DNA from: Lingula anatina
Lineage: Eukaryota > Animalia > Brachiopoda
Direction of reading: 5' to 3'
Assembly (NCBI GenBank): GCA_051362555.1
Contig: CM120647.1
Coordinates: 8,928,001-8,992,000 of the forward strand
DNA: 64,000 nt
The notes beneath the pieces were generated by a model, which searched no databases, was not told where the DNA came from, and was given only the letters and a program-made list of their open reading frames with translations. A program made the position numbers and the translations under genes. Numbering within the stretch: the stretch's first letter is position 1; every line of letters begins with the position of its first letter. This document shows, in pieces, positions 49,601 through 62,732 of the stretch.

Positions 49601-51272
49601 AAAGATAATTTGGAAGACTGTCAGAAAGTACCTCTGGATCCACCCCTGATTTTCCATTATCTGTAGATGTCATCTTCGGACTACTACGTTTTTATTAGAA
49701 ATTTAGTTCTGTGAGGGCGGTCAGTTGGAGTGACCAGAAGACTGTTGGTCTGACCACTAAATATGACATGGACTTTGAGGATTTCTTTGTGGCTGGTTTG
49801 AATGGATGCGAGAACTGGAATTCTCTTATTGTGAAATATGACTGAGAAATTTTCTGGAAAGATACCAGCACGAGTTGAGACAAAAGCATATAGTGCACCT
49901 GCGATTGAACCTTGTATTTTTTGACAGATATGACTGAAAAACTTTTTTACAAAAGTCAGCACTGTTGGTTGAATTAATAACACGTCATGAGGAATTAGAG
50001 TAGATTTGACCCCATATGTGGATATTGCGTTTTTCTTTTTCCTTCTTGGCACAAATTACTGTATGCTGTTATGAATGCTTATGCAACAGCTGTGATGTAG
50101 GTTTGGACTGGACCACGTCCAAGCAGGGCAATCACGAGGTGTAAATACATATTCTGTTGAAGCATATGAAAAGTATAGCTAGATATTGACATAGAATAAG
50201 TGGGATCCCAAAGCAGTATGAAATAAGACTACACATGGAAAAGACTACAGAGCGCTACAAAATAAGTTAGACTACACCAGAAACACATTTTGGAAATTTC
50301 CTTTTAAAATTATTGGTACCCAGGCAAGGAAAGAAAAAATAATTGAGTTTTCATTCAAACAGGACATTTTTTTTACGATGGAAAGATGTAAATTATTAGA
50401 GCATAGGAGCTTCAGCTCGCTCTCGGCTCAAAGTTTAGAAGGAGTAGCATCCCTGACTTCTGACTGTATACAAATCGAAAATAGCAGCGGTTGCCGAGTG
50501 AAAGAGAAATCATCGAAACCAAAATGGTGGAAGATCGCTTTCGTCCGGTTAACTTCCTTCACCAAAAATGGCACAGTGAGGAAGAAAGAGAAAAAGCGAA
50601 GTAAATCTGAGGATTGTTGTAATTTGTATAGGTAGGATTGGAAGAAGGTTCATGTTGCTGTTGTTTGTCACTGTTGAATATGTATTACATCTGGCCAAGT
50701 ACTAGGATTTTTACCTCCGCCAAGGAGGTTATGTTTTCACCCCTGTTTGTCTGTCTGTTTGTTTGTTTGTTTATCATCAACATAACTCAAAAAGTTATGG
50801 ACCAATTTTGAGGAAATTTTCAGGAACTGTCAGAAGTGGGCCAAGGAAGAGATTATTAGTTTTTGGTGGTGATCGGGATCAATGATCAATCAATAATCAA
50901 TAATCAATAATAATCAAAAATTGCTACCTTAGCGGAGGTCTGTGCTCTCGGAGTGCTTTTCTAGTTTTATTATTATTACTTATCTGCAGTATACTTTCTA
51001 AGGGCACATTCCCATTAAAACTATCATCCTACATAAGTGTAGAAAACTACATGACGACTCATTGAATGCAAAGAGATGAACACGATTCCTCTTGTGTACA
51101 ACATACTCCTACAATCACCCGTTCTTCTGCATACTCGATGAGAATTACTACACAAATTACTACTACCAGTTTCATACACAACTTGAATAAAATCCACATG
51201 CCAAAAAAACAAACAAACAAACAAACAAAAATTAATCACTCAGTCAGCTCAATTGGGAAACAATGAAATGAA

Positions 51273-51310
<38 letters not shown>

Positions 51311-54011
51311 AAGTTTTCTTTTTGACACTATACCAAGTAGGGTAGCATAAGTCAGGTTTAATGGTAATAATTTGATATGTCTACTCCCTTAATGTTCGAC
51401 TTTAAGATTGCAATTTCTGGTCATTTATTTAAAATTTGTACTTCATTTGTATTTGCAGTAAAAATAAACCCAAGGCTGGCAGTGGAGGAGGAGGATTATT
51501 TGGTGACGAAGGAGCTGATGATGGACTGTTTTCTGCTCCAGCATCTAAGGTAGGTAATTTTTGTTTCCAAATTAGGCTAGGACATATGTTGTGATGAGAA
51601 AGGGGATTTGCCCATCTCTTGTTGTTATGTTCACACACACACATAAATACACACACACAAACACACAATGGTAGGGTATGTGTTTCTGAATACTTGCTCA
51701 TACTAATATATTCATTTACTTGATTATTGTGGAATTAATTTTTATGTGATTATTGTGAAATTTATTTTTATGCAATAATTGTGGAATTTATCTTTATGTT
51801 TGTTATTCAACTTGTCAGCACTGACCTAAAAAAAAGTAACAAATTCTAAACCTGTATTTGTTAAATGTCATGTCTTTTAATATTGGATATTCAGGTAGTG
51901 AGAATAGAAGTTTAAACAGCATATGGCGTCTTGCTGTAGGTCAAGTTCAGCGACACCATGTTGTTGGCAAAAACTTTGCAGTAATTTTTATCGTGTTAAT
52001 TTCTGTTCTATATAGCCAAGGTCAAATTTTGTTGCATTATACTGAAAAACTTAATTATCACAATTTTACATTTTGCAAATATAAGTGAACAGCAGTTAGT
52101 TCTATTAATAACTTGTTTTGCCTTTAGAAGAGGTTGGTGTTACAGCTGTTGCCTTGTAAATTGTTAGGGCTTGACAATTAGATGAAACGCACTTGAAAAA
52201 ATTTTGTGCAACATTTTTGAAAGTCATTTATAATTAGTAGATTGTTGTCTTAAAATATATCATACAGTAATCACTCAATCTTTTCAATGTGGGAAAAATT
52301 GTGAATTTTGCAAATACTGTATTTTTTAAAGTCATAATTCTTTAGAATCAGGACATTCTTATTGAGTGGAAGCAACAGAATTAAAAAGCAGGCTACCCTG
52401 TAATTCTATTCTATGCAGTAAAAGCAGCACAAATGCTCTGTAGAAATATAACATTTTGTTATTATAAAATCATGTATCTGAAAGTTTGGTGATTTTTGGC
52501 CATTGAAAAGATTGAGTAATTGCCACAATTATATGTCAGTCTTTAAAAATTTTTGTTGGGACCGTTTTCTGCCTACACAATTGTTTCACTGTGAAAATTA
52601 CCTCAAACTTGAAAATGGGCCTCTCCATAATTATGAAAAGTTTGTCACTTAATATGGGTTTCGCACATTTAAAAATATTAATAAATTTTTAAGTGATAAA
52701 ATTTTCTAGTTTTTACCATAATTATCTTTCAGACCTCAAGTAAACCCAAAGCTGTCAGTCTATTTGATGAAGATGATGAAGATGGTGATGGTGGAGATTT
52801 GTTTGCAGCCATTTCTAAACCTAAAGACAGGTACATGTAACCTAAAAACTGAAGCATTATTGTTTTAGCCATCCTGCAACATAATGAAGGTATTTGGGAC
52901 TTAACTTACTTTCACAAGTTCACTTCTTATGGTATAGGGGACTTTACTTACTTTCACAAGTTACCTTCTTATGGTTTGGACCAAGTTTTTACCTGTAACA
53001 AAAAACAAAAAGTATGCAGTGCTGATGCCCCAGGTATAGCTTGCTCTTGAAAGCATGCTTGAACCAACCAGACTTAATTTGCCATGGTGTACGTAGATGA
53101 CCTCTGTAAGTCATTTAATCTCAATCCCTTATCAGTTTGATATTTGTCCACCAGGTGGCAGCAAAGTGCCATTAGTTTTGAAGTGCAAGCCTGCCAAAGG
53201 CAGCATTTAAAAAAAATTTCTGTTATGCTATTTCAGCGACAAGAAAAAGCCAGCAGGTGGCGTTTCCCTCTTTGGTGGGGTGGATGTCTTGGGGGTTGGA
53301 AAGAAAGAAGATAAAAAGGAAGAAAAACCAAAAGAGGAGCCACTGCCCAAAGCACAGACCCAGAAACGCCCCTCTCTCTCCATCTTTAGTAACGACGATG
53401 ACGAGGATGGAGGGGATCTGTTTGGTGGCGCCACCTCTGTGCCAAAAACTGAGGCTTCAAAGCCACAGGAGGTAAAGGGATGGGATATATGGGACTATGA
53501 TATTTAAGAAGGGTATTCCTATTCCAAAAATGAAAAACAAAGAAGATAAGTCAATAAAAAGAAAAGTAAACAGAAAATTATTTGTTAATCTTGATAATTG
53601 AAAAGAAAAAAATCTTTTTGGTTCAATTTAAAGATGAAATTTATTTTGGATGAGATTACCTTTTGTCCATCTTAAATTTTAAAAGGTTAAAAATAATTAC
53701 AATTCCTAATTGGTAAAACAGATAATAAGAGGAATTAATGATTTCCTCAGGTGAAATCCAGAAGCAAGAGTAAAATGTTGTTTGAAGATGAGGATATTTT
53801 GTTTGGTGGCGGACCGACAGAAAGCCCAGACGTGGATTTGTTTGGAGCAGCAAGCCCAGTGGGAAGTCCCACACAGACTAAGGTGATTGTGACGGTTGAG
53901 ATTGTTCTTCTCTAAAGCAATTGCTTGTGTGGGTGGGTGTGAGTGTGTGCGTGAGAAAGAATCAATTGTAATGCTGGAGTCTGTGTTTTACTTCCAACAT
54001 AATGGTGTGTG

Positions 54012-54056
<45 letters not shown>

Positions 54057-54367
54057 GAAGAAGAAATATAGAGAGACATTATATTACAGTTGATTGTGAT
54101 AGTTGAGGTAATTGTGTTCTTCTCTTGCACAGTTGTATGTTAACTTGATACCACTCATCTCTTCATGTAAGAACATCAATTTCACTTAAATTTTTGTTCA
54201 TTTTTGGCCATCTGCAGCCAATACCAGCCAAGCAGCCCACAGAGCCAGCCAAACAGAAGGTCAGCATAAAGGGAGCTACGGTCAGTTCATCCACTACAGA
54301 TTTGTTTGGGAGTCCTAGGAGTGATGACGATCTGTTCTCTCCTAGTAAACCTAAGGCTAAGGAGGTT

Positions 54368-54429
<62 letters not shown>

Positions 54430-57400
54430 TGAGAATTATTTCAGTTGCAAGTATAACTCCAAGGGAATCACTGGGTTATGATTGTCAGATCAATGTTTTT
54501 CAGACCTAAACATGTTTTCCAAGTAAAAGATGCTACAACTTCTTATACCTAAAGAGTAACTTAATTGCATTAATTTTGTTACATTAATGTACTAGTATAT
54601 TGTGCATGTTTGATTGTAGTCATAGTAAAAGAGACAAAAAATAATAATACTTGAACTGAAGTAGATAAATAAATTGTATAATTTTTTTTTTTAGCCTGAT
54701 CCCGCTCTCCCAGTAAAGGGTGCTACAGTGACAGAATCTTCTACAGATCTTTTTGGGAAAAGCCCATCTCAAGATGATGACCTTTTTGGGGAAAAGAAAC
54801 AGGAGAAAGTGGTAATTATTTAATTTTTGAGGCATTTTATATCCTCTTAATAAGTGAATTTTTTTTTTGTACAGATAAAAATTTTGAAAAAAAAGAGATC
54901 ATTGTAACATTTTTATTTTTAGTCATTTGTCTCCAGCTACAATTAAAAGATAAAATTAGAAATATTAAGCACTTGTCTTTAAATTTGTCAATATAAATCT
55001 TCTCCTCCATTTCTCCCCCAGGAAGAGGAACCAGTTAAACCTAAAAAGCCAATAGGTGGCGTGTCTATGTTTGGAGGTTTTGATCCCACCGCTGCCACCA
55101 AAGGACTCAAAAAGACAAGGGGTGCATCTAAAGTGGAAGAGGAAAGAAAAGAAGCAGTAAAGGTGGAAGAAAAGAAACCAACTCCGGCCAAGAAAATTGC
55201 TGATCCTCTCTTTGGAGGAGAGGATGAAGATGAGGGTGATCTTTTTGGAGGTGGTGCTGCCAAGTCATCTAAGGTAGCTGTCACTAAGTCCCAGATTGTC
55301 AAAAGCTCAGTTTTTAAATTGAAATCTTGAATTGGTTTTGTCATTTCAAGGGAATTGTGGAAGTTCCTTGGTTGGTAGCTTGAGAAATGAACTGACATTT
55401 ACCAGCCAGTATTTACATTGGGGTGTTAGGTAGTCATATCTGTCACAGCCCCATTTCCTGATGATGACTGACGGAGGGATAAGATTTTTCCTACTTTTGG
55501 CAGACAACTAAATGTCTGGGTAGAGTTGGCACCTACAACAATAATGAAATTTTTCAGACTATCGGCAGATTTCCAACTTTTTAGGAGCCAAAAGTCTCGC
55601 TGCTTACTATAAGCTGGTAAAAAGTACAATTAAGCTATTTGCAAAGGAACCTCCACATTTCTTTTTTGAAGTTACATACAAGTAGCAGATGAAAGTCTTC
55701 AACTATAATCAGATGAAATGTTGGTTTAAAACGTATCTGTAGGAAATACCAAAATTAGGCACAAGTAATTCTGTTTGAAAGTTTGAAATTTATCAAGGTT
55801 TAAATTGGAAATAATAAGCAGCTTTGCAGGATATCAAGAGATAAAAAAATGATTTTGACACATTTTAATGTGTATAGAATTCTTTTAAGTAGTTTTAACA
55901 AAAAAATTATTTTAAAAATTATTTAGAGTTCAAAATGTGTTGTTAATTTTAGCCTGTTGAAGAAAAACCCAAAAAGCCGGCAGGTGGGGTGTCCTTGTTT
56001 GGTGCAGGAGGTGAGGATGATGGAGGAGATCTCTTTGGAAAACAAGCAGCTAAGAAAGAAGAGAAGGTATTGTTACTAGCCTAAGAAAAAACTTTAAATA
56101 TGATGAAAAATGAACTTTTGGAAGTGCAAGGTTGAACTTTTGAGGAAAAAATGTTGCTAGTTTATCAAAATTTGGTCTCAAGTTTTTGAGTGAGCACAAC
56201 ATATCTTTGAGAATAAAGTAACTGTTCTTCAATCAACAGCTAATATTGAAAATTTTTACCTCCATTATTTCAATGTCTACCTAGAGCATCTTCATCAGTG
56301 AATTAATAGTGGAAAACTTAATTTATTCTTATAACATAGGCCTGTAGCCAGCAATTTCAAAAGGAGTTCTTTTTCTGAAGAAGTGGACCTTTTACAATGA
56401 AACTTTTGTGTATCTCAAATTTTGTCCAGAATGGACCTTTTTCCCGCAGAAAGGGGGGTTCTTTTTAACTCTTTGAATACCCCCTGGCTATGGGCCTGTA
56501 ACATAATGCAGCTGATAAAATTCTTCTCTTACAAAATCTCTTTGTATTGTATTGTGGCCATAGCCTCCAGAAGCTGAAGTTAGTAAGCCCAAGAAACCTG
56601 TAGGGGGAGTGTCCATGTTTGGTGGATTTGATCCATCAGCTTTCAAAAAGAAAGAAACAAAGGAGGAAGAAAAAGGTTAGTGATTCAATCCTATTTTAAA
56701 AAAATAAAGACAAAAAAGAATTAAGAGCAAAGACAGAAACTTATCACTAAGTTAATAAAAGTTAAGTTATTTTAAGATAAAAACTCTAAATATTTTTTTC
56801 TTTTCAGATTCACCATTTGATTGTGTTTGGAAAAATGCTTTTATAAAGTTATAAAATATTGAATATTCAGCAAATTTCTTCACACTTTATCAAAATCCAT
56901 TTTTTCCATTAATTTATTAGCTGAGGACAGTGTTGATGCCAAACCCGAGGCTCCAATAAGTAGTCCTCCAAAACCACAATCAAATATAGGTCGCTTACAG
57001 GTAATTTAATGAATATTACTTTAGCTTCTATTTCCGTGGCTGCTGAGCTTGGTTTTTGAGGTTGTTCTTGAGATATGACCAGATTTCACTGAAGTATTTT
57101 AATGACCATTATAGCTCTCTGTCCTAGTGTTACTCTGCTAATCTAATTGCATTAAGCATGAGTCGTGATGGAGTTTGATCTGTCTACATACATGTAGAAT
57201 GATATATTTCATAGGGAATGAACCCTTTAACTTTGTTTGACAGAATGAAAGCTTAAAAATTATAAGAGTGGCTGTAAATTAATGCTTTGGCATTGCATTA
57301 AATGTTTTTGACTGGTTACATTGAAGAAGATAACCAAAACCTGAAAGGACTGGTTTTTTTAAAGTTATTTATTTATTTATCTCTAGTATTGATTGCCTCC

Positions 57401-60400
57401 TCCTCCTCCCTCAAAAAAAGTTTATTTTTGACTGTTTTCATCCGAAGGTTTACGTTTGATTATTTTCATCCTTAGAAGTAAAGTAAAAAAAATTTAAAAA
57501 GATTTAGATACCAACACTTTTTTAGCTTCTTTGCATGTTTAAAATTTGCAGTGGTTTGAGTTTTGATTTATTTCCAGGCTGGTTTGGCATTTAACCCCGC
57601 TGCTTTATTGCCTGGTGCGGCTCCAGTTGCTAAGGAGCCTGAAACGGTTGCCGTGGGCTTTGATCAACCCGTGAACACTACTAGTACTTTACAAAATGCT
57701 GCGAAGGTGGGTAACGGTCATCTTCTGAGAAAGCCCGAAATGTGGCAAATTAACTAAAAATCAAGGGAGATTTCATGGGATTAGGGGAGAGTAAGGGTCA
57801 GAAATAATGGCAGACTAGTGGATATGGTAAGGTAATGAATAAAAACTGACAAACTTTGTCTGTGGAAATTTATTTGGTTGTTTTCACTAAACTCCTGTCG
57901 TATTGTGGTCTATTGCAACTGTGAGAATTCACCATATTATGCATGCAACTTATGCATTGCTCCTTAGACAATATTGCCAGTTTCGCTCTTATTGCGTAAA
58001 AGTAAGCCCCACCTAACAGATTCTGAAATTCTAGTCTCATATATATATATATGATATGTCAAACAGTGCTGATGGCCTTATTTTAAGCTATCTCAGATGA
58101 TTTCCATGATGTCCAACTGCTGGTGGTACATACACAGGTGCTTCTAGATCTGGTTTTGTAGTTTTATGAAAGTGTTTTTGTGTATTTAGATATTTGTGTG
58201 AGTTTTTTTAGTTAAATTTTCAGTAAAAACGATCATTTTATAATGATAACTTAATAATAATAATAATAACAAGGAGTTCTGTACAACTGTACTCAACATT
58301 TATATACATGATCAAATTTCAGGGTCGAGCCAAAGTACAACAGAAGAGGAGACCTCCGTCAAGACAAGCCAGACAGGCAGCTGCAAGACAAGCCGAACAG
58401 GACTTTGTTGATGGAGTAGGTGCCATGACAACAGCACCATCAGCAGCTTCTGTGACAACTGGCACGACAACAACAGTCACCAGAAAAGTTCCACAAGCAA
58501 GTAGTGCACCAACCTCAAACAAACCAGTGAAGGACATTTTTGGAAATGATGACCTTGTTCCTGAAGGAAAAGCAGGTCAAGGTCAGGGACTACTTCAAGG
58601 AAGTGAGGACATTTTTGATGCAGGATTTGGAAACAAGCCGAAGAGTGCTGAAAAGAAAGTCACCAACTTTGAGGATGACTTATTTGGTGCAGCAAAAACT
58701 GTTCCAACACCTACTGTGCCTCCCTCCTCCCAAGTGACACAAAACGACAAAGACGATATTTTTTCAGAACCCAAGAAAACTGCAAAACCATCCTCGATTT
58801 TAGAGGATGACTTGTTTGGGGACAGTGTATTGAATAAACCTCCCCCAAGCTCAAAATCTGTTGGCAAAGTGAAGCCTTCTGGTGCTCTACTGGATGATGA
58901 TATTTTCGCAGACTCCAGTTTAAATTCCAAAAAAGATGAAAAGAAAGAAGACAAGAAAGCGACAAAAGCTGCCAAACAGGAAGAACTCTTTGGTGTAAGT
59001 AGACGTACTAAAAATCAAAAAGTCTTAGGCCGCATTCAGAACAGTGGACTTGCTAGTCAGCGGGTCAAATATGGCAACCCACTTAAAAGCTTATCATCTA
59101 ATCCGCTTATAGTCACTGAATAGATTCCCCATGGGTTGGCATTATTTGGCCTTCAATCTAGTTAGTCCACTGTTCTGAATGTGACCTAAAAAGGCCTTTT
59201 TCACAATGATCATTACACCTATAAATATTAAACCACTTAGATACAGATATGTGTAATGCATGATGTGATAAGGATCTTTGCCTTTTCCAATAATCTTTTA
59301 ATCTGATTGCATTCAGCAAGAGTCCCCATGGAGTTGGATCGATATACATAGAGTGATAGTTTCATTGGAAATGAGCCTTAAGACTTTTGGTCTGTTACAA
59401 ATGCCATTGCACAGACTAATACCAAGGTTATACATGAGCTTTTGTAATTTATTTTGAACACAACAAATATTCTATAGGAAGAGGACACAACTGAAAGTCC
59501 AGAGCAAGAAGATGAAGTGAGCATTTGTTTACTACTTTTGTGATATTTTCCATTATAATTGATGAAGAAAATTAAACAACAATTTCATTATAAGAATATG
59601 CATACTGGTAACTGAAACTATGTATCTGAAAAAACTGGATGGTTAGAGTGGTATTCGATTATCTACAGTTTTTCAGATATTCTTGATTTTTGATTTGTGA
59701 TATTATTATATTGATGAAAATTATTTCTTTATGAAAATTATTTCTTTAAGTTATTAATGAACCCTACATCATTTGTCCCCTTTAATTAACTATAATCAAC
59801 TGATGATATAATTGTCAAAAAAAAAAAAATAGATTAAAGAGATTTACTTATGATTCTAGTGATAGATTGTTGGGAACAAAAATTAAAGCGAAACACCTAC
59901 ATTTTGCTCTTGTCTCAAGAGCACCATGGACTGTGTTTCAAATTTAGTGATCATTATCACTAGAATCAGTAAATACAATCCCTTGGAACCATGAAAAATC
60001 TTACTGATAATTCAAAATATTATTTCTAAATTTCTGACAAGTTACAATTATTGGGGAAAAATCAGTAGAACCACCCTGACTTTCTAAAACTTGGTAAAAA
60101 CTTGAACATTTTGTGACCTAAAATTAAATCAATATTTGAAAATGCCAGAATCTCACATGGTCATTTTAGCTGAAATATTCAAAATTGTCCAGTCGTCAAT
60201 TTTCAAGTTTGATGAAATTTTGTAAGTGAAAAAAAATTGTCAGCAGAGAATCGTCTTTTGAAGAAAATTTCAAGACCGACTAAATTTTCAAGTTTTTTTT
60301 ACTGCATCCAAACTCTTATCTAAACCCAGTGTATGTATTATGCTGGCTACAGATAAACGCTGTCATTGAAACATAGGGTGACTGGGAAAAAAAACATCAT

Positions 60401-62042
60401 GAAAATTTTTAAAACTTGAAATATCTGCAGATAATGGTATAGTTTAGATTGTTGTTAGTTTAGGTGGTGTTTTATGTAGTTAGATTAGCTTTTAGCATAT
60501 TTCAAATATGTAGACTTGCTGTGGAATCTGGGACCTGTTGCACTTTAAAGCAATTTAGACCAAAATTTTATATTTATAGCTGCAGGTTTATGGGTCTTGC
60601 ACAGCTCCATTTATTAGTGGAAAGAATCATTGAAGTTCAAGTGCACCAATTTAAAATGCTCATTTAATTATTTGGGTCACATGATTCCATAGAAGGGTTT
60701 GTGACATCTTAAATAGGTCCATCAGTATATCTACGTAGTATGTAGCAGAACCCTGTTACTGTACATATTATCTGACATGTACAATCAGTTATATTTATAA
60801 ATGGTGGTGTCTATTTAACATATTCTTTGTTACAGGGTTGTATACTTTTTTAAAACTTTGTACTTTGTAGTAAGAGTGGAGAAAATTTATTAATATGTAG
60901 AATAAATGAACATGCATGAACTTGCACACACACATACATACATGTACATGCATGTACACAAGGGGCACGCACATGCTACGCACAGACACAGAAAACTGCA
61001 TGTTTCAAACTGGTGGAAGCATTTTATAAAATAAAGTGTGTCGTGAAGATTAAAACCTCTTCAACCTTAAATGAGACTAAATAGACAGCTTCTTGTGCAT
61101 TTTCTTTTAATTTTACATTGTCGATTTTTATGTAATCATTGCAGGATGAAGACATGTTTGCAGCAGCAGCAGCCAGTAAAGCTGCAGCGAAGAAACAGAA
61201 AGAAAAACCCAAAACACGAGATGAGGACATATTTCAAGATGACACTGACATTTTTGCGGACATTCCAGCAGCCAAACCCAAAGAAAAGAAGAGCAAGAAG
61301 AAAACTGGCACAAAATCAGATACCAAACCATTATTTAAAGGAGATGTTGGTGAGTTTAACAGGGGGTGGGGGTGGGGGGAGAGGGGAAGGGGCTGAGATG
61401 TTGGTGACTTTTATGGGTTTTTATGGTTTTTGGGTGGTGGGGAGTGGGTAGTCAGGATGATGAAGCAGTGGGCTAAAAACTTAAGTCAGGTTCCAGGGCT
61501 AAGAACTTAATTACCAAGGTAACATGGTCACATGGGCACACGATCTTGCCCAATCAGGAGCAGTGTTACAGCACTCTCATGGAAATCCTAGTAAACTAAG
61601 CCAAGGAACTGATTAATTTTTTTTCTTTTAACTGGGGCCAGGTCATGGCAGTGAGTTTTAGGAGTCTGTCATGAGGGAGGGAGGGTGGAGGGGGTTCTGG
61701 GAGATGAAACAGGGGGTACATGTAGAAACAGGGGGTGAGGGTGATGTCCTCACAATCTTGTTGGTAATTTGGTAATCCCGTTTGCACCCCCACCCCACCC
61801 CAGGGGTGAATTTAATAATGTCTTCATACGCAACTTACTATTAATATGTTCTATACTTGATTATATTTAGCACTTGTTGAATTTTATTTCCAGATGACAT
61901 CTTTGCTGACACAGACCCAAAACCTAAGGCCAAGAAAACGAGTAAAGGCACAAAGAAAAAGACCAGTCCAGCAGAAGCTGCAAATATCTTTGACGAGAAT
62001 GCACCAAGTATTTTTGACGACCCTCTAAATGCTATGAACTGA
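33971..62042 (+). CDS. WASHC2: WASH complex subunit 2 (FAM21), ~1573 aa, ~33 coding exons
   Basis: Exons: 33971-34063, 35317-35475, 36133-36225, 36666-36737, 37125-37367, 37976-38066, 38465-38580, 39372-39467, 39803-39916, 40272-40410, 40648-40737, 40936-41045, 41538-41640, 42568-42630, 43008-43154, 43436-43584, 43776-43865, 44878-45059, 51459-51549, 52733-52830, 53237-53471, 53751-53882, 54218-54364, 54695-54811, 55022-55273, 55953-56066, 56564-56675, 56921-57000, 57578-57706, 58323-58994, 59478-59516, 61145-61349, 61894-62042. Phases are consistent (4722 nt). Diagnostic sequence: head [35 protein letters not shown]...[23 protein letters not shown], many LF-acidic (LFa) motifs, [21 protein letters not shown] motif [21 protein letters not shown]-terminus [11 protein letters not shown]. 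Confidence 0.96.
34124..34470 (-). mobile_element. Probable Helitron-like non-autonomous element in WASHC2 intron 1
   Basis: The minus-strand end reads GAGCGATTCGTCGCTC (hairpin) ... TTTCTAATTA, resembling a rolling-circle 3' end. The other boundary is uncertain. Confidence 0.35.
44445..44620. mobile_element. Palindromic MITE (same family as 59028-59186)
   Basis: ggccacattcaga...gatcaaatatggatgacccact / agtgggttgccatatttgatc...gtccactgttctgagtgggacc. Confidence 0.65.
45062..45370. repeat. Local ~160-bp tandem duplication with (AAT)n
   Basis: tatttcttatcaag..attccattgta..tatatagttatttgcactat occurs twice. Confidence 0.7.
46315..46625. repeat. Compound (TG)n/(GA)n microsatellite
   Basis: Directly visible. 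It generates spurious ORFs in the track. Confidence 0.9.
47398..47566. mobile_element. Dispersed MITE (family of 22369-22534)
   Basis: cagccccatagccagcaatttcaaaagg ... ccccctggctacaggcct. Confidence 0.75.
47774..48030. mobile_element. Fold-back MITE, PIF/Harbinger-like, TTA target duplication
   Basis: TTA|GGCTGCGTTCACATGAAAAATCTATTTT ... AAAATAGATTTTTCATGTGAACGGTCCC|TTA, with ~110-bp inverted arms. Confidence 0.88.
49107..50631 (+). CDS. Candidate alternative N-terminal exons of a short WASHC2 isoform
   Basis: ATG...CAG|gtatga (49107-49124) joins in frame to the acceptor tcattcaaacag| at 50363. The exon is open for 269 nt ([12 protein letters not shown]...[10 protein letters not shown]...CCNLY) and ends AG|gtagga in phase 2, matching the acceptor at 51459. 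Confidence 0.5.
49482..49648. mobile_element. MITE of the CAGGGGCGGATCCAG-ended type
   Basis: tggggcagattgag ... ctggatccacccctg. Similar right ends at ~11200-11213, ~24287-24299 and ~33046-33060. Confidence 0.5.
50711..50964 (+). mobile_element. Helentron/HINE (DINE-1-like) non-autonomous element
   Basis: TTACCTCCGCCAAGGAGG start, (GTCT/GTTT)n tract, subterminal inverted copy CCTTAGCGGAGGT, then 3' hairpin GCTCTCGGAGTGC and CTAG end in a T-rich site. Confidence 0.85.
56337..56498. mobile_element. Dispersed MITE (family of 22369-22534)
   Basis: aggcctgtagccagcaatttcaaaagg ... cccctggctatgggcctg. Confidence 0.75.
59028..59186. mobile_element. Palindromic MITE, TWA-flanked
   Basis: TTA|GGCCGCATTCAGAACAGTGGACT ... 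AGTCCACTGTTCTGAATGTGACC|TAA. Confidence 0.75.
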
Positions 62043-62683
62043 GAGCAGAAATAACTTTGTTTTTGTCTTGACACATACCCTCACTTATCCTGACCATAAG
62101 ATATCTTGATTTACTGAAGATTTATCCTGTGATATGAAGTTGTTGGATGTGGAATGATATTATACTTATAATATTACACGCCGTGATGGCTGACTATTGC
62201 TTATATGAGTTCTAATCATATTTTGCTAGTCTATTTCTTGTTTTGCTGAGTATAAACTTACTACTAAGATAGAGAGAAATAATTCTTTCTCAAAAGACGG
62301 AATTGATTTTTCAATTGCAGAAACAAATGAATAATGTTAAAACTCAGCAGTTGGAAGATATTATTTCCTGTAGAAGTATTCATTTGTTTACCATGACATG
62401 TTTGAGTTATATCAATGGTGAGAAGTGAATCGGTTTTTTTTAAAAACTGTAATATACTGTCCTGCAAACCTCTAGTCAAAACATATCATGAAATCACATA
62501 AATAATCACTGATGATGTAAGATATCAAAGAAGAGCCCAAAATTAGTTAATATGTAAAGCAATGCTAACAACCCTGTCCCACCAATATATGCTAAGTATA
62601 TAAAGCATGATTCTTTTGGATTTTGAATATCTTTCCTTCTAGTTGCCACCCCTTCCCCCTTTTTCTGTATCTCATTCTCTTTC

Positions 62684-62730
<47 letters not shown>
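62684..62730. repeat. Poly-C run (~47 nt) in the WASHC2 3' region
   Basis: Directly visible. Its length may be a sequencing artefact. Confidence 0.85.

Positions 62731-62732
<2 letters not shown>

Noticed and set aside
58319-58975. Minus-strand ORFs overlapping WASHC2 exons (also 54988-55398, 53228-53434)
   Set aside because: Antisense shadows of real coding exons.
59882-60548. Possible TTAA-flanked transposon starting ttaaagcgaaacacctac
   Set aside because: I could not find a convincing matching right TIR.
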